This document shows positions 51,219-62,720 of a DNA stretch of 64,000 nt, in pieces. The stretch spans positions 16,632,941 to 16,696,940 of the forward strand of contig MU054187.1 of assembly GCA_013239625.1 (NCBI GenBank), in the 5' to 3' direction. The stretch comes from Lama guanicoe (lineage: Eukaryota). The translations under genes and the position numbers were made by a program. Numbering within the stretch: position 1 is the first letter of the stretch; the number at the start of each line of letters is the position of its first letter. The notes under the pieces are model-generated. The model was not told where the DNA came from, ran no database searches, and saw only the letters and a list, made by a program, of their open reading frames with translations.

Positions 51219-52136
51219 CTAAATGGCATTCACTTCGGACATCTCGATCCCTGATTTCAGGGGCTGCAGGCTGTGCACCTCTGTGCCACACTTGGGACAA
51301 GCAAAGGACATGTCAAATAAGCAGCTACTCTTAATGCAGTAGTAACAGAAGATGTGCTCGCAGCCTATGGTGTGGGGCATGGTGGGCCACTCCCCACACA
51401 GGGAACACTGCTTGCCGCTGGTGGCCAACGTGCTGTCACCGTTAGGAGCACCGGTCAGGGGGACACACCATGAAGAGAGCTTGGCTTTCAACTTCTGGAC
51501 GTTGATAAGTGGCAAGAGAAAAATCAGAAACTCAGCGAAACCGTGCCAGAGGAGCTCTCGGTTCATATACTCGAAGCCCACTTCCCGGATGTTTTGGGGC
51601 TTGCAGAATACGGAACGGATGCCGAGCAGACGTTCGGTCAAGGTCGCGAACTTGCCCCTCTGGAGGAACAGCAAGAAGTTAATCAGCCCACCGAGCTTCA
51701 AAAGTCCCACCACAAAATTCACGCACTGCTTGGCCTTCCTGAATGATGCGAGGTGACGGTTTCGAAACAGATCGTAGCATCGCTCTTCCAACCACTTCCC
51801 CCCAATGGTGCAGACGGCGTACCAGAGCTTTTGGTTCTTACTCAGCGGCTGGTATCTCAGGCTGGGGGAGAAATCATTCTTGTACTGAATATTCAAAACC
51901 GACTGTCCCACTGTGGCGTTTTTAGAGTAGACGGTGAATCTCCACAAGAAAAGCCACAAGAATGCCTTCACCTCTGGCTCAAAGCGGGCTAACAGCCCCG
52001 GCTTAAATCCATGAAAGCACTGAGTAAACTGGGACCAGACGAGCTGCTCCAGGGCCTTGTTCAGTTCAAGTGCATCCAACTGACTTATTCTCAGCACTCT
52101 GTCTGTCCGCTTTGTCTCCTCGTCTCTGGAAGCCAT
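51219..52136 (-). CDS. PEX2: Peroxisomal biogenesis factor 2 (peroxin-2, PXMP3/PAF-1), 305 aa, single coding exon
   Basis: The ORF from ATG at 52136 (context GAAGGCATGG) to TAG at 51219-51221 is 918 nt. The protein has the Pex2/Pex12 N-terminal domain ([25 protein letters not shown]...) and a C-terminal C3HC4 RING (C244, C247, C259, H261, C264, C267, C280, C283). Length and sequence match mammalian PEX2 as I recall it. Confidence 0.98.
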   Translation of the reverse strand: MASRDEETKRTDRVLRISQLDALELNKALEQLVWSQFTQCFHGFKPGLLARFEPEVKAFLWLFLWRFTVYSKNATVGQSVLNIQYKNDFSPSLRYQPLSKNQKLWYAVCTIGGKWLEERCYDLFRNRHLASFRKAKQCVNFVVGLLKLGGLINFLLFLQRGKFATLTERLLGIRSVFCKPQNIREVGFEYMNRELLWHGFAEFLIFLLPLINVQKLKAKLSSWCVPLTGAPNGDSTLATSGKQCSLCGEWPTMPHTIGCEHIFCYYCIKSSCLFDMSFACPKCGTEVHSLQPLKSGIEMSEVNAI

Positions 52137-52153
52137 GCCTTCCGTGAAGGTCT

Positions 52154-52170
52154 CTAGGAAAAAGGACAAT
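52154..52170 (-). other. PEX2: 3' splice acceptor of the PEX2 coding (terminal) exon; exon starts at 52153
   Basis: The minus strand reads ATTGTCCTTTTTCCTAG|AGACCTTCACGGAAGGCATG, i.e. a polypyrimidine tract plus AG, 17 nt before the ATG. This fits the known PEX2 architecture of non-coding upstream exons. Confidence 0.88.
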
Positions 52171-53169
52171 TAGAAACTATCATCAAACAGTCACAATCTT
52201 GTCCTGTCTTCTCGCCTTACACTTGGAAAATGGTGGCACAGACGACCCAAGGCAAGAGATGCGCTTCAAACCAGCACAGTGAACAGTCACTGCTTACATG
52301 AACCTCTTTCTCTTTCTTCTCCCTCTCCCCCTTCCTCTTTTCCTTTCTTTTCTTTCTGTTCTTTTTCATCCCCCTCCCCTCACCAAAGGAATAACAAGTT
52401 TTTGCAAGTTGCATCCAATTTCCACAAATGTTCCTCTAGGTCAACCTCCTGGGGCGGATATTTTAACGGGAGATGATAAAATCCTGACGCTGACAGCGAC
52501 GAGGCTGAATAATAACATGACTAATGGAGAGATACATGAACTTAATAAATACAATGAACCATGGGGAACGTCGCGATGGATGGTAAGTCAAGACCTCTGT
52601 TTAATTTCCAGCACTTTTACTGACTACAAAGGAATATTTTCAATAAGTCGTTTAATCTTTCTCAAGCACATTTTATGTTTGTAAAGGAAGTTAGGAGAAA
52701 AAAATAAAGGAATAAATGCTTATTATTCTATCACACTACTGCAGAAAAGAAATACGAGCACAAAGCAACATGAAATGTCATTATTAAGGTACTGGAAAGG
52801 TGCACATAGTTTTCTATGATGTAAAAACAGACACTGAGATCATTTCATAAATACATTTGGTGCTACAGGGACCACAATCTTATTTAAAATGCAATAGGAA
52901 AAGCTGATTAATGGTTAGCTGGGTATGACTGACTCACCCGAAACGCGTTTATTAAATGCCTGTTACACGTAAGTCAACGCATCAAAACCACCCAGTTGTT
53001 GCTGTTGTCAAAAGTTGAGAGACCAGTTTAGATATTTTACATTTTATGAATGATCTGGCCAATCCAAACCGTGACAAGAAAATTTAGTTTTTAAAATAGG
53101 CTCAGGACACATAGAGCTTGGTCATGATCTCCGTCCCTTCGAGAAGCCTGACCTGCTCAGCAAACACCG

Positions 53170-53330
53170 ACTTAACAGATGGAGATGGGGGTCCCGTGGG
53201 GGTTGAGTGACACCAACCATGTGGCCGTCGTGATCTTGGCCAAGTCATTTCACTTCATCTCTGCCTTGGTTTCTTCCCTTACAAAACTAAGGGCTGGAGA
53301 CAAAATGACCTCTAAAGTTCTTTCAAATTC
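53170..53330 (+). mobile_element. MIR fragment
   Basis: GTGATCTTGGCCAAGTCATTTCACTTC..CTCTGCCTTGGTTTC...AAATGACCTCTAAAGTTCTTTCAAATTC. Confidence 0.7.
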
Positions 53331-54794
53331 GATTATATATATATATATAATTTTTTTTTACAAAATTATACAAAAATAGGAATCAAAAATGACTGTGAAA
53401 TCATAGGTTATTTAGAGCTGTTTTCTTCTTAAACCAGGTATGTGACAGGAATGCTTCTCACCGACAAATGCCAACTGTCTTCTGGGGTGATCTCACCTTT
53501 GTCTCCATCCTGCAGCTCCCTCAAGACTTGCCAGCCTGTGGCTCCAACAGTGTAGATTTTCACTGTAAGTTCTGTGAAATCCTGGCCTCATATGAGCCAG
53601 GAACCACAGGAAAGAAAGGGGGTTCAGACAGAATTCCCTTTTCTCTCTGTTTTTCTAATCCATTCACGACTCTATCCGCCCAAACCTTTTCCGAATGCTG
53701 GCAGCTCTCAGCTCTCTCCTGGACGACGTCTACTTGGCCTGTCCCACCTCCTGACTCCATCAATGCACCTCCCGCACCATGATCCTTTGACAACACAAGC
53801 CTCCTCCCACTCACCCCGTCTGCTCTGCTTCCTAACATTTCAATCTCTGGTCATAAAGTGCCCGATTCTTCTGGTCACAGTGGACATCTGCTCTCTGTTC
53901 CTTTCACCTTGAAAGGGCTGTTCTTCTCATTCTCTCACTGAAAGACTCACCTGGTCCTAAGTTTTTAAGTCCGAGCTTAGGGGACACTTCCTTCTGGCTC
54001 CCAACTTGAGCCAGCTGCCCCTGCTAACTGTTCCTTTCACGCTCTGTTCTTCCTCTTTCTTGGCCTTCCTGTACTGCACATAAACTATTTTGATATTTCA
54101 CATACTGCACTGCCTTTTAATTATCAATTTCCTCCACTAGAAGATAAGCCTCTAAGACTGAGTCTTCTCACGGCTGAATGTTAGCAACCAGGCCCACGCC
54201 TGGCACACAGGCCGCGTCCTACCAGCATGAGATGAGCAGATTAACAACCAGGATGAAAAGTCCCAGGTGGGTGAAGAGTAGAAAATACAAACTCCCATCC
54301 AGTAAAATCCTGTCCAGTCCCCACAGCCAGACTGTTGATGGCTACTTCTCTCAACGTGTTTGCTGTGCATCTGCTACTCCCCAGGGCATGGGTCAGAGCT
54401 GGTGATGAAGTGGTAGACCAGACAGTCTCAACGATCATCTGACCAGACGATCATCTAGTGAGTGGGAGAAGGGGGAAAGGAAGATGTCCTGCAGAAGATC
54501 ATCCCCAGGCAATGACAATAAGGAGTGGTATGTGATGAGCATCGTGCTCACAGCTGGACCTCAGAAGGTCCAAGAAGGCTTCGTGGAAGAGGCAAGATCT
54601 TCGCAGCCACCTGAAGGATTAGCAGTGTCAGGCGGATAAAGGCCAGAGAGAACATGACTCCAACAGAGGGAACAGCAGGGACCAAGGCTGGGAGGTGCAA
54701 GGACAACAGAGAAGGCTGGAAAGGAAAGCAGGAGACTCAGGCTCCAGGCCCTAGAAGCCAAGCTGAGGACGTTATATTTGAGCAAGAAGGTAAC

Positions 54795-55602
54795 GGAAAA
54801 AAAATACAAATGAACTTATTTACAAAAGAGAAGCAGACTCACAGACATAGAAAACAAACTTACAGTTACCAAGGGGGGAAGCATAAATTGTAAGTTTGAG
54901 ATTTGCAGATACTAATACATATAAAATAGATAAACAAGTTTATACCGTGGAGCACAGGGAACTATATTCAATATCTTGTAGTGACTCACGGTGAAAAAGA
55001 ACATGAAATGAATCTATGTATGTTCATGTATGACTGAAGCATTATGCTGTAACAAGAAATTGACACACACTGTAAAGTGACTATAATTCAATAAAAAAAA
55101 TACATATAAGGAAGAAAGTCTACATTCTAAGTGAAGTAAGCCAGAAAGAGGAAGAAAAATACCATATGAGACCGCTCATATGTGGAATCTAAAAACAAAC
55201 AAACAAACAAAGCATAAATATAAAACAGAAACAGACTCATAGACACAGAACACAAACTTGTGGTTGCCAAGGGGGTGGAGGGTGGGAAGGGATAGATGGG
55301 ATTTCAAAATTGTAGACTAGATAAACAAGATCATACTGTAGAGCACAGGGAAATATACACAAGGTCTTATGGTAGCTCACAGAGAAAAAAGTGTGACAAT
55401 GAATATATATATGTTTATGTATAACTGAAATATTGTGCTCTACACTGGAATTTGAGACAACATTGTAAAATGATTATAAATCAATAAAAAATGTTAAAAA
55501 ATTTACTATTATAAAGTCATATTGATGATTATAAGTGTCTATATTCTGGAAAAAAAAAGGAAAAAAGTCTATAACCTAAATAAATAAATAAATAAGTAAA
55601 TA
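54795..55602 (+). mobile_element. Composite L1 3' ends: L1-A (54795-~55107 plus tail to 55602) with L1-B (55123-55556) nested in its tail; antisense to PEX2, inserted in an L2
   Basis: Two successive L1 3'UTR ends. Outer TSD AAGGTAAC (54787-54794 / 55603-55610). Inner TSD AAGGAAGAAAGTCTA (55108-55122) / AAGGAAAAAAGTCTA (55557-55571). Confidence 0.88.
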
Positions 55603-55610
55603 AAGGTAAC

Positions 55611-56120
55611 AAGGAGCCACTGAATAGCTGTAAGCAAAGAACAATCCAACCTGCATTTCAGAGAGCTTGCTCTGGCCACATGGAGAACGCATTAGAGGCT
55701 GAAAGACTGGAGGCACAGAGACTGATTAAGACGATCGTTCAGATGATTTAGTGAGAAACTAACGATGTCTGAATTAGGAAGGCATCAGTGGGGATGGAAA
55801 AAAATAGGTACCTTTCAGAGCTACAAGGTGGAAGAATTGACAGGACTTAGTGAGAAGGAAGCCAAGGAGGACTGAGCTGAGTCACGGAGGGGATGGTAGC
55901 ACAGTTCTCTGGAACAGAAAACACATGCAGAGATACAGGTCTGAAGGTTCCCCTTATATATATTATATATACGTATAATAAATAAATCTGTGTAGTTTTC
56001 GAGATCTGAGGCTCCTATGAGACAGCTCAGTGGAGAAGTCCAGGAGGCAGTTATGGGATGTGGGAGAGAAATTCTGGGCGGAGATTTTGAGTGTGAGCTC
56101 CCTCTCCTGGGACTCACCTA
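55611..56120. mobile_element. L2 fragment continuing from ~54480-54786
   Basis: GGAGCCACTGAATAGCTGTAAGCA...TGCATTTCAGAGAGCTTGCTCTGGC...AGGTGGAAGAATTGACAGGACTTAGTGA. Confidence 0.7.
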
Positions 56121-56285
56121 TTATAAATCTACTTGATCTACTTAAAAGCTAAGATGAGGAAGGCAGAGGAGATGGTATTGCATGGTTCTCAGAGGCAATG
56201 GATACAATTTCAAAACTATCTCAATAGAAAAAGGATTTCAAAATTTATGCAAAAAACCATCAATGAATAAGATTATATTTCTCAC

Positions 56286-56311
56286 CTTTCTTGGCAGTTT
56301 ACAAATCTTCC
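56286..56311 (-). other. PEX2: Candidate short non-coding 5'UTR exon of PEX2
   Basis: The minus strand reads GATTAG|GGAAGATTTGTAAACTGCCAAGAAAG|GTGAGA, with a strong donor. The acceptor is uncertain (alternative AG gives a start at 56325). It lies in non-repetitive sequence between L2 fragments. Confidence 0.4.
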
Positions 56312-57419
56312 CTAATCAGCATATCCTTTATGTAATTAATTAAAAGACCTAAAACATTATTTTAAGAAACCTCATAATCAAACCAAAATCTATACAATTA
56401 CTTGCTCATACTTACCAGATCATCCTTCTTACCTCTTTACTGTCCCTGGGATAAAGTGCACACTTCTCAGACCTAACTTAGCCCACTTCTGTCTCCATCT
56501 CCATAACCACGTAACCATATAAACCACCATCCCCCAGCCGAGCCTTAAATTCCCGACCACCGTTCAGTCCCACCTCAGGACCTTTCCCCCTGCACCTCGA
56601 ACACTTACTTTCTTGACCGACTCCTCCCACTGCCTTCAATATCTGCCCTAACGTTCCAACCCTGGTCCAACCTTCTCCATGAAACCTTCTTCATTATCTC
56701 CAACTCCCTGCCATGACCGCCATTTTGAACTCTATCTGTCCTGTGATTTCAGCCGCGTGAATACATCTCTCCCTAACTTGACCGTAAATTAATTTGGGGA
56801 AAGCGCCTTATCTTACACCTCTTTCTCAAAGTGCCTGCCACCTCTAAAGTGACTCTGATACCTAACTCAGTTTTCCTCATGCAAAGTCCTGTCATCACTC
56901 AGGAGATGCAGGAATATGGTCTCTGTAACTCTTCTACTGTAACCGTGTCTGCAACTTGGCATCTTCCCCAGATTTCCTCTTCTGGGGTCAGCAAGATAAG
57001 GGAAGCTCTCCTATTTGTCAGCGTACCCTGGAGAGGCTCGGACCGTAATGGGCTTCAGTACCAAGTTCAACACGACCAGTTCCCTCCCTTCGCCCCCTCC
57101 CTGCCCCCGGGTTTCAGATGAGGATCAGGTGAAACAGTGCGTGTTATAGGTACCAGTTTATTTATCTTTAAATATTAGAATCACAACCAGTTCTTATTAA
57201 TCTCACAGAATTTATCACAAACGCAGGCTGAGAGGGGCTGCTCAGTCGCTGTCTGTCCACGCCACGTGCAGCGGGAGGAGCGGCTGGCTGCTCCCCGACG
57301 TCCTGACCGGACACCGCTGAGAGCAGCGAGTCGGACTGGGTGGTGGGGGAGGCGCCCTCTTCCTCAGGGTCCTCACTTATGTTTGGGGAGAAACTGCTCA
57401 GAGAGAGTGGCTGCTTGAA

Positions 57420-57810
57420 GGAATCATCTATTTCAAATCCCTCATTTCTGGAGGAATCATACTTAAGAGCATTTTGTAAAGACAGGAGTTTTTAATGGCT
57501 GCCAGAAAAGGGATTTCACACACTCTCTAACCCATCCAATATTTAACAGTCCTTATTATCAAAAAATTCTTTCTTATCCCTTCTGTTACAGTTTAACTTT
57601 TTTTTTCTTTCCTCGTTTTCACCCCAGGCCTGGCCTCGGTGCAGATTAAGAACAGCTGGGCTCGGGCTCCTCCCTGCAGAGGACTCTTTCCTAGACCAGC
57701 AGACTATTACTAAGCTGCTCTCCAGCCTCCGCTCTTCCAGATGAATAATTTGTTTCTCTACTTTTCTGTTTCAGGTTTTCGTTTCCAACATTTTAGTCAT
57801 TTTTGTGACT
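57420..57810. mobile_element. CR1/L3-like fragment
   Basis: AACCCATCCAATATTTAACAGTCCTTATTATCAAAAAATTCTTTCTTAT...AAGAACAGCTGG...CTCTTCCAGATGAATAA. Confidence 0.5.
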
Positions 57811-57899
57811 TCTTGTAGCTGTAAACACAGAACAGACACTGGCCATTACGGCCCGTAGGCCGTTGAGGCTGAAGGCCCCTCCGATGCAGACTCCTGTGG

Positions 57900-58125
57900 C
57901 AGCCGGCGCAGTGGGGAGAGCGCACTGACAATCAGACAGACTTGGGCTCAAGTTCCTGCTCTGTCATTCAGTTGCTATGCGATCTTAAAAAAGTCATTAG
58001 CGTCAGATTCTCCTAAAAGTTGGAAATAAACAGCTTCCTCACAACACTGCTGAGATTAAACCAGAGAATGTTGCGAAAGTGGTCTGGAAATGGGCAAACC
58101 GTATTACTGGTGTATTATTGCTACT
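57900..58125 (+). mobile_element. MIR
   Basis: GCAGTGGGGAGAGCGCACTG...TCAGACAGACTTGGGCTCAAGTTCCTGCTCTGTCATT..GCTATGCGATCTT...GAGATTAAA. Confidence 0.75.
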
Positions 58126-61100
58126 TTGGCTGTGGATGAACATAAGAAGAAAAAGACTCAGCTGATTTTGCCAAATCTCATTTCCAAAGACTGAAATCTT
58201 CATTATTACTCACTGAATGCCTCAACCAGCCTGCGGTAAAAGGATTCCCCCCCCCTCCAGGAAATACTGAAGACACCAATAAAATAGAATTGTGGCAGTT
58301 ACACAGTGAACATGATGTCACCATGATGTGGGCAAGTCTGGGGGTCAGGGAAGGGGCAGAGACACAGTTCAGTGGAACTCCTTGTACCCTTAACTGGCAC
58401 CTTATCTGAAAGGCGATGCTGAGGTGGGTATTCGGAGAGAACAGGGGTGGGTCCCAGCATGACCTGCTCTCTGGTTGCTTAACCCCCATCCACATGATTG
58501 TGCCTGTCATCTGGAAGCAAAGAAACCTCAGGAACGCCTGCTGATAACTTCTGACTTAAGAGTGCTTTGCTGAACAGGGCCTGGTGCAGGCGGTCTAAGA
58601 TGAGCATCCAACCTTGGTTCATCACCAACACGCTACGCGCAATTCCTCCTCCTTCCCCTCTTCCCTTTCTGGCAGGTACAGTTATTCTAGAATACTGGCG
58701 TTAGAGCAGGGCAGTGCTCAGGACTAGAAGAAACTGATAAAAATCAAAATAACCAGAAGTTCAATTAACCTGATTACGGAACTTCTTCCTTTCACGATAT
58801 AACAATATTTGCCCATAACAGGTGTAGAAGACAGAAAAATGCCATCAACAGGTTTAAATCAAATAAAGTTATTCTCCATTTAATGTGAAGTCTGTGTTTC
58901 AGTGAATTCTAATTCTCTGACAAGTGGCTACTCAATTTAACCAGTATTCACGGAGTGTCTGCAAAATGCCAGGCATTCGCCTAGGTACCTGGGATTCAAT
59001 CCAAAAATATTTTAACTTCCAGTTAACTTCCTTTTACTCAAGCATTTTTAAAAAAATGGGATGCTACTGTAATCAAGACTAGCCATTGATCTCTGAAGCA
59101 AAGAATGGATCTAAAATGTGAAAACACTATAAAGGATCACAAAACTCCCTGGGGTAGAGAAGGGACAAATGGCATTTAATGTTGTGCAACCTCCAGAAAC
59201 AGGGAAGCACTGACCCTGGCGATAATCTATCTGGGGGACGTGTGGACGGGTTCCAGTAGGAGCTGTGTCCTGTGCTGCGTCATCCCTGTCAATGGGGTTG
59301 CCCTTGTTAGGAGTCAAGAAGCAAGTCATCTGCTCGACCAGAGATGGGCTAAAGAGTCAAGCCCCAGTAGAAAGACCCCGTTTTAAGGAAACTGCTTTGA
59401 TTCTGGAGGCAGGAGTAATCACTGAAGGGAAGTGACGTACCAGGGTATACGTGTCACAGGATGACTCCGATGGCAGAGTTCAGTAAGACTGAAAAGGAAA
59501 TTGCAAACTGGAAGACCAGTGACTGGACTCCTGCGGTGTTTCAAGGCCCTAACTCAGGTGCCGACTAGTAACTTCCTGAACGAGTTAAAGTCATTTAACT
59601 TGCTTCACTGAGAACTCTGAAAATAAAAATGATGACGGTGTCCACACATTTTTGAATCAAAAGGCCCCAACTCTTCCGGGCGAACCAATGCTTTCCCGAG
59701 CCCTTTGCACTGACGGCCACCCACCCCCGCCTACTGGCCGCCCACTGGCCAGGCTCCTACTTCACTTTCAAGAATTTGAGTATTAAAAATTCCACATTAT
59801 TGGTTCTTGGGGGTTCCGTATGTAGTTTCACCAAAGTTAAACTTGAATAATTAAAAAAAAAACAAATCTTTTTTTAAAAAAAGTTGGGATTGTTTTGAAT
59901 TGAAACAAACACCATCAGATTTAATTCAAATTGTTCTCCCAGAATGCCAAAAACAGGGCATGCTTTTTCCTATTCTGCCATGAAAACTCATTGTTTTAAT
60001 ACACAGTCCTATCACCATCTCCCTCCCTACTCCCCATTTTCCAAACTATACTAAGTTAAGATTCTAAAAGGCTGACCCAGGAGGAAACATTTATGGCCAT
60101 GCAAAGAGACTTATAAAAATAATTATTAGTAAAGTACAATCGGCACTGAATAATATCAGTGTTTCGTGAAGGATACTGCTACGTTAAGGGTATGTGAAAA
60201 AGATGCTCAAGGCAAAATCAAGACCAGATAGATACAAAGTACAGCATCCACGAGGGTTAGTGTGATTAACTTGTCACATAAATATGTTTAAGACAAAATG
60301 ATCTAGCACTAGAAACTATTAAAAAGGTCTCCTGCTGACACTTTATCATGAGACATGTCACAGTGCTTTTCTTTCACAGGAAAAAAAACAACTGAAAATT
60401 CGTTTACTAAGAGTGGCAATATATAACCTTATCCCTTAAATAACTCACGCTTTCCTTTTAAGCTTTTCATTCCCCAAATAAAACTTTATCATCTATGCTG
60501 CATTCCAAAACCAAAACAAATGACTACATCTCACTGAAGAGCGAAGAATTTTTCAGGATGTATTCTCGAGCTTTTATTGAGTATAGTACAAATTATGACT
60601 GAATATATTTTATTTAAAAACACGTTATTGACAGAAATCTATCAATAATAATGTGGGTATTGTCAAGGGCCTGTCAATATTAATGTAATTATGATTAAGG
60701 GGATAACATGGATTTTTAGCTATAACACCAAGTAACATCTCGTGCATTGCTGCTATCAATATACACACGATTATTGACCTGTTCCAAGGCGCTCAGTACT
60801 AGATGTATTACCATTAGGCATATTTGTCAATGCGTACTGCCCACAAAAATTCTACATTTAAATTTACAGTCCTATAAACTCTGTCAGTAGAAACATGTGA
60901 TTCCCAAGTAATCTCTAAGGTTTCACATCCATCCATGCACCATCCCCTCCCCTGCCAGGCTATCCTTTTCCAGATCCACAATAACCAACTAATTTTAACT
61001 ACGACAACATGGCTACCACACTATTCTAAGCCTTCTAGGAATTGAATTGGATGAGAACATATGTTCATTTTTTTTTCCTTTTAGGTTTTAAAAAAATTTT

Positions 61101-62569
61101 AAGCAACATTTCCTATTTGGAGGTTGCATGAATCAAGTTCTCTAACCAGAGTTTTTAAGCTTTGAGCCTATTCCCTCCTATTTTATTTCCTTTGTGTAGT
61201 CAGATAGATTTACTGTCCATTGTATTGAAATCAATACTAATAAATGGGACATGCATCAAAGAGAGATTTAACAGGACACTGATTCCCAGAACACATTTCA
61301 AACATGAGCAAAAGAGAAAAAGCTATGCCCGGGACCCTTTAGAACACTGACCTCTGGCACTGTCAACAGGCCCAGAAATTGACACTTGTAAGTTCAAATC
61401 CCACTTCTGCCACAGGCTTGCTAAGTGCTGTGTCTCTGTGCTTTTCTTCCACTCTTTCATCAAATATTAAACTAAGTTTCAACAGATCATAGATATCTGG
61501 TGTTATAAATCCGAATTATGCTCATCTGGATACAGACAAGAGGTGCAGAATTTTAAAATTCCCTTATGGACACTAGACCTCTAAATTACTCTTAACTTAC
61601 ATGCAATCCTCATCAAAATCCAAATAGAATTTCTGTTTTTCAAAGTGGTGGTGGGTACACAAGGTATTTCTAAAATACATCTGAAGGATAAACTTCAAAA
61701 TAGCATATGTTTTTCAAAAAGATGAACAAGGATAAGTAACTTGCCCTAGCAGAGGGGAAATATTCTTTTTATTTGGAGAGAAGAGGGAATTCAACTCAAA
61801 TACTCCAATCTTTAAGACTCCAATTAGTCTTACAAAATTGAGCACCTTACCTATTTCATGGCTGATAATATTTACTCAAGTATCTAAAAGTAACAGAAAA
61901 TGCTTTTTTTAAACCTGAAGACAGAATTGCCCATACCTCAGCCTAGCTTCACAAATCCATTTCTAGGAGAACAGCATGGCACTCGTAATCTTTCCTTTCA
62001 CAAAGCTGACGCTCCTGAGTCTTTCAGAGAGAAAGCACACTGTGGAAAGAAAGAGCAGATGTTTGTGTGGATATGGGAAGCAGCGGTAAACTGGTTCTGC
62101 TTACTTCTGTATCCTGGCCCCACCTTGGCTACCACCAAGCTGTGTGACTCTGGACCAGTCATTTTTTCGCCCCACTATAATCTGCAGCAGTTAAAAAAAT
62201 GCTTTTAACGAGCACTGCAAAAAGTCTACCTCTTTAGAATCCTTATAGGAATTGTTTTAGGAAACCTTGGAAGAGGAAGAAAATACATAAATAAATAAAG
62301 GAACAGCCATTCCCAACTGCAGAAATGGTAACGTCAAACATGAGTCTGGAAAAGGCTAGAGAAAGTGGAGAAATCAGAATGGTACCCATCAGACACAGGC
62401 TCAGTCCTCATGGAATAAACAGCAAAGCCTGATGGGAGACAATCCCAACCAATCTGTGACTTTACAACCACAGTAAACCTCTACCACTTACTTCCCGGTT
62501 ATGGAGCGCTAACAAGGGACTACCCCAGCTAAGTGCCCTTTGCAAAATGAAATAGTAAATCATTTAATC

Positions 62570-62720
62570 CTCGCAATATTATGAAAGAGATTCTTGTATT
62601 ATTTTCGTTTTAAAACAAGGAAACTGAAGCACAAAGCGATGAGCTGAGTTGTGGGAAACCACACAGCTGGAAGTAGTGGGGCCGTGCTCTGTACCAGCAA
62701 CCTCTGCTGACACAATGACG
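62570..62720 (-). mobile_element. MIR fragment
   Basis: CATTTAATCCTCGCAA...AGGAAACTGAAGCACAAAG...CACACAGCTGGAAG. Confidence 0.7.

Noticed and set aside
51352..51992. Several plus-strand ORFs (up to 134 aa) antisense to PEX2
   Set aside because: Shadow ORFs of a GC-rich CDS with no recognisable protein features.
52137..52169. 11-aa N-terminal extension of PEX2 ([11 protein letters not shown]) in the ORF track
   Set aside because: It starts at a TTG inside the intron's polypyrimidine tract, upstream of the splice acceptor at 52154-52155. The true start is the ATG at 52136.
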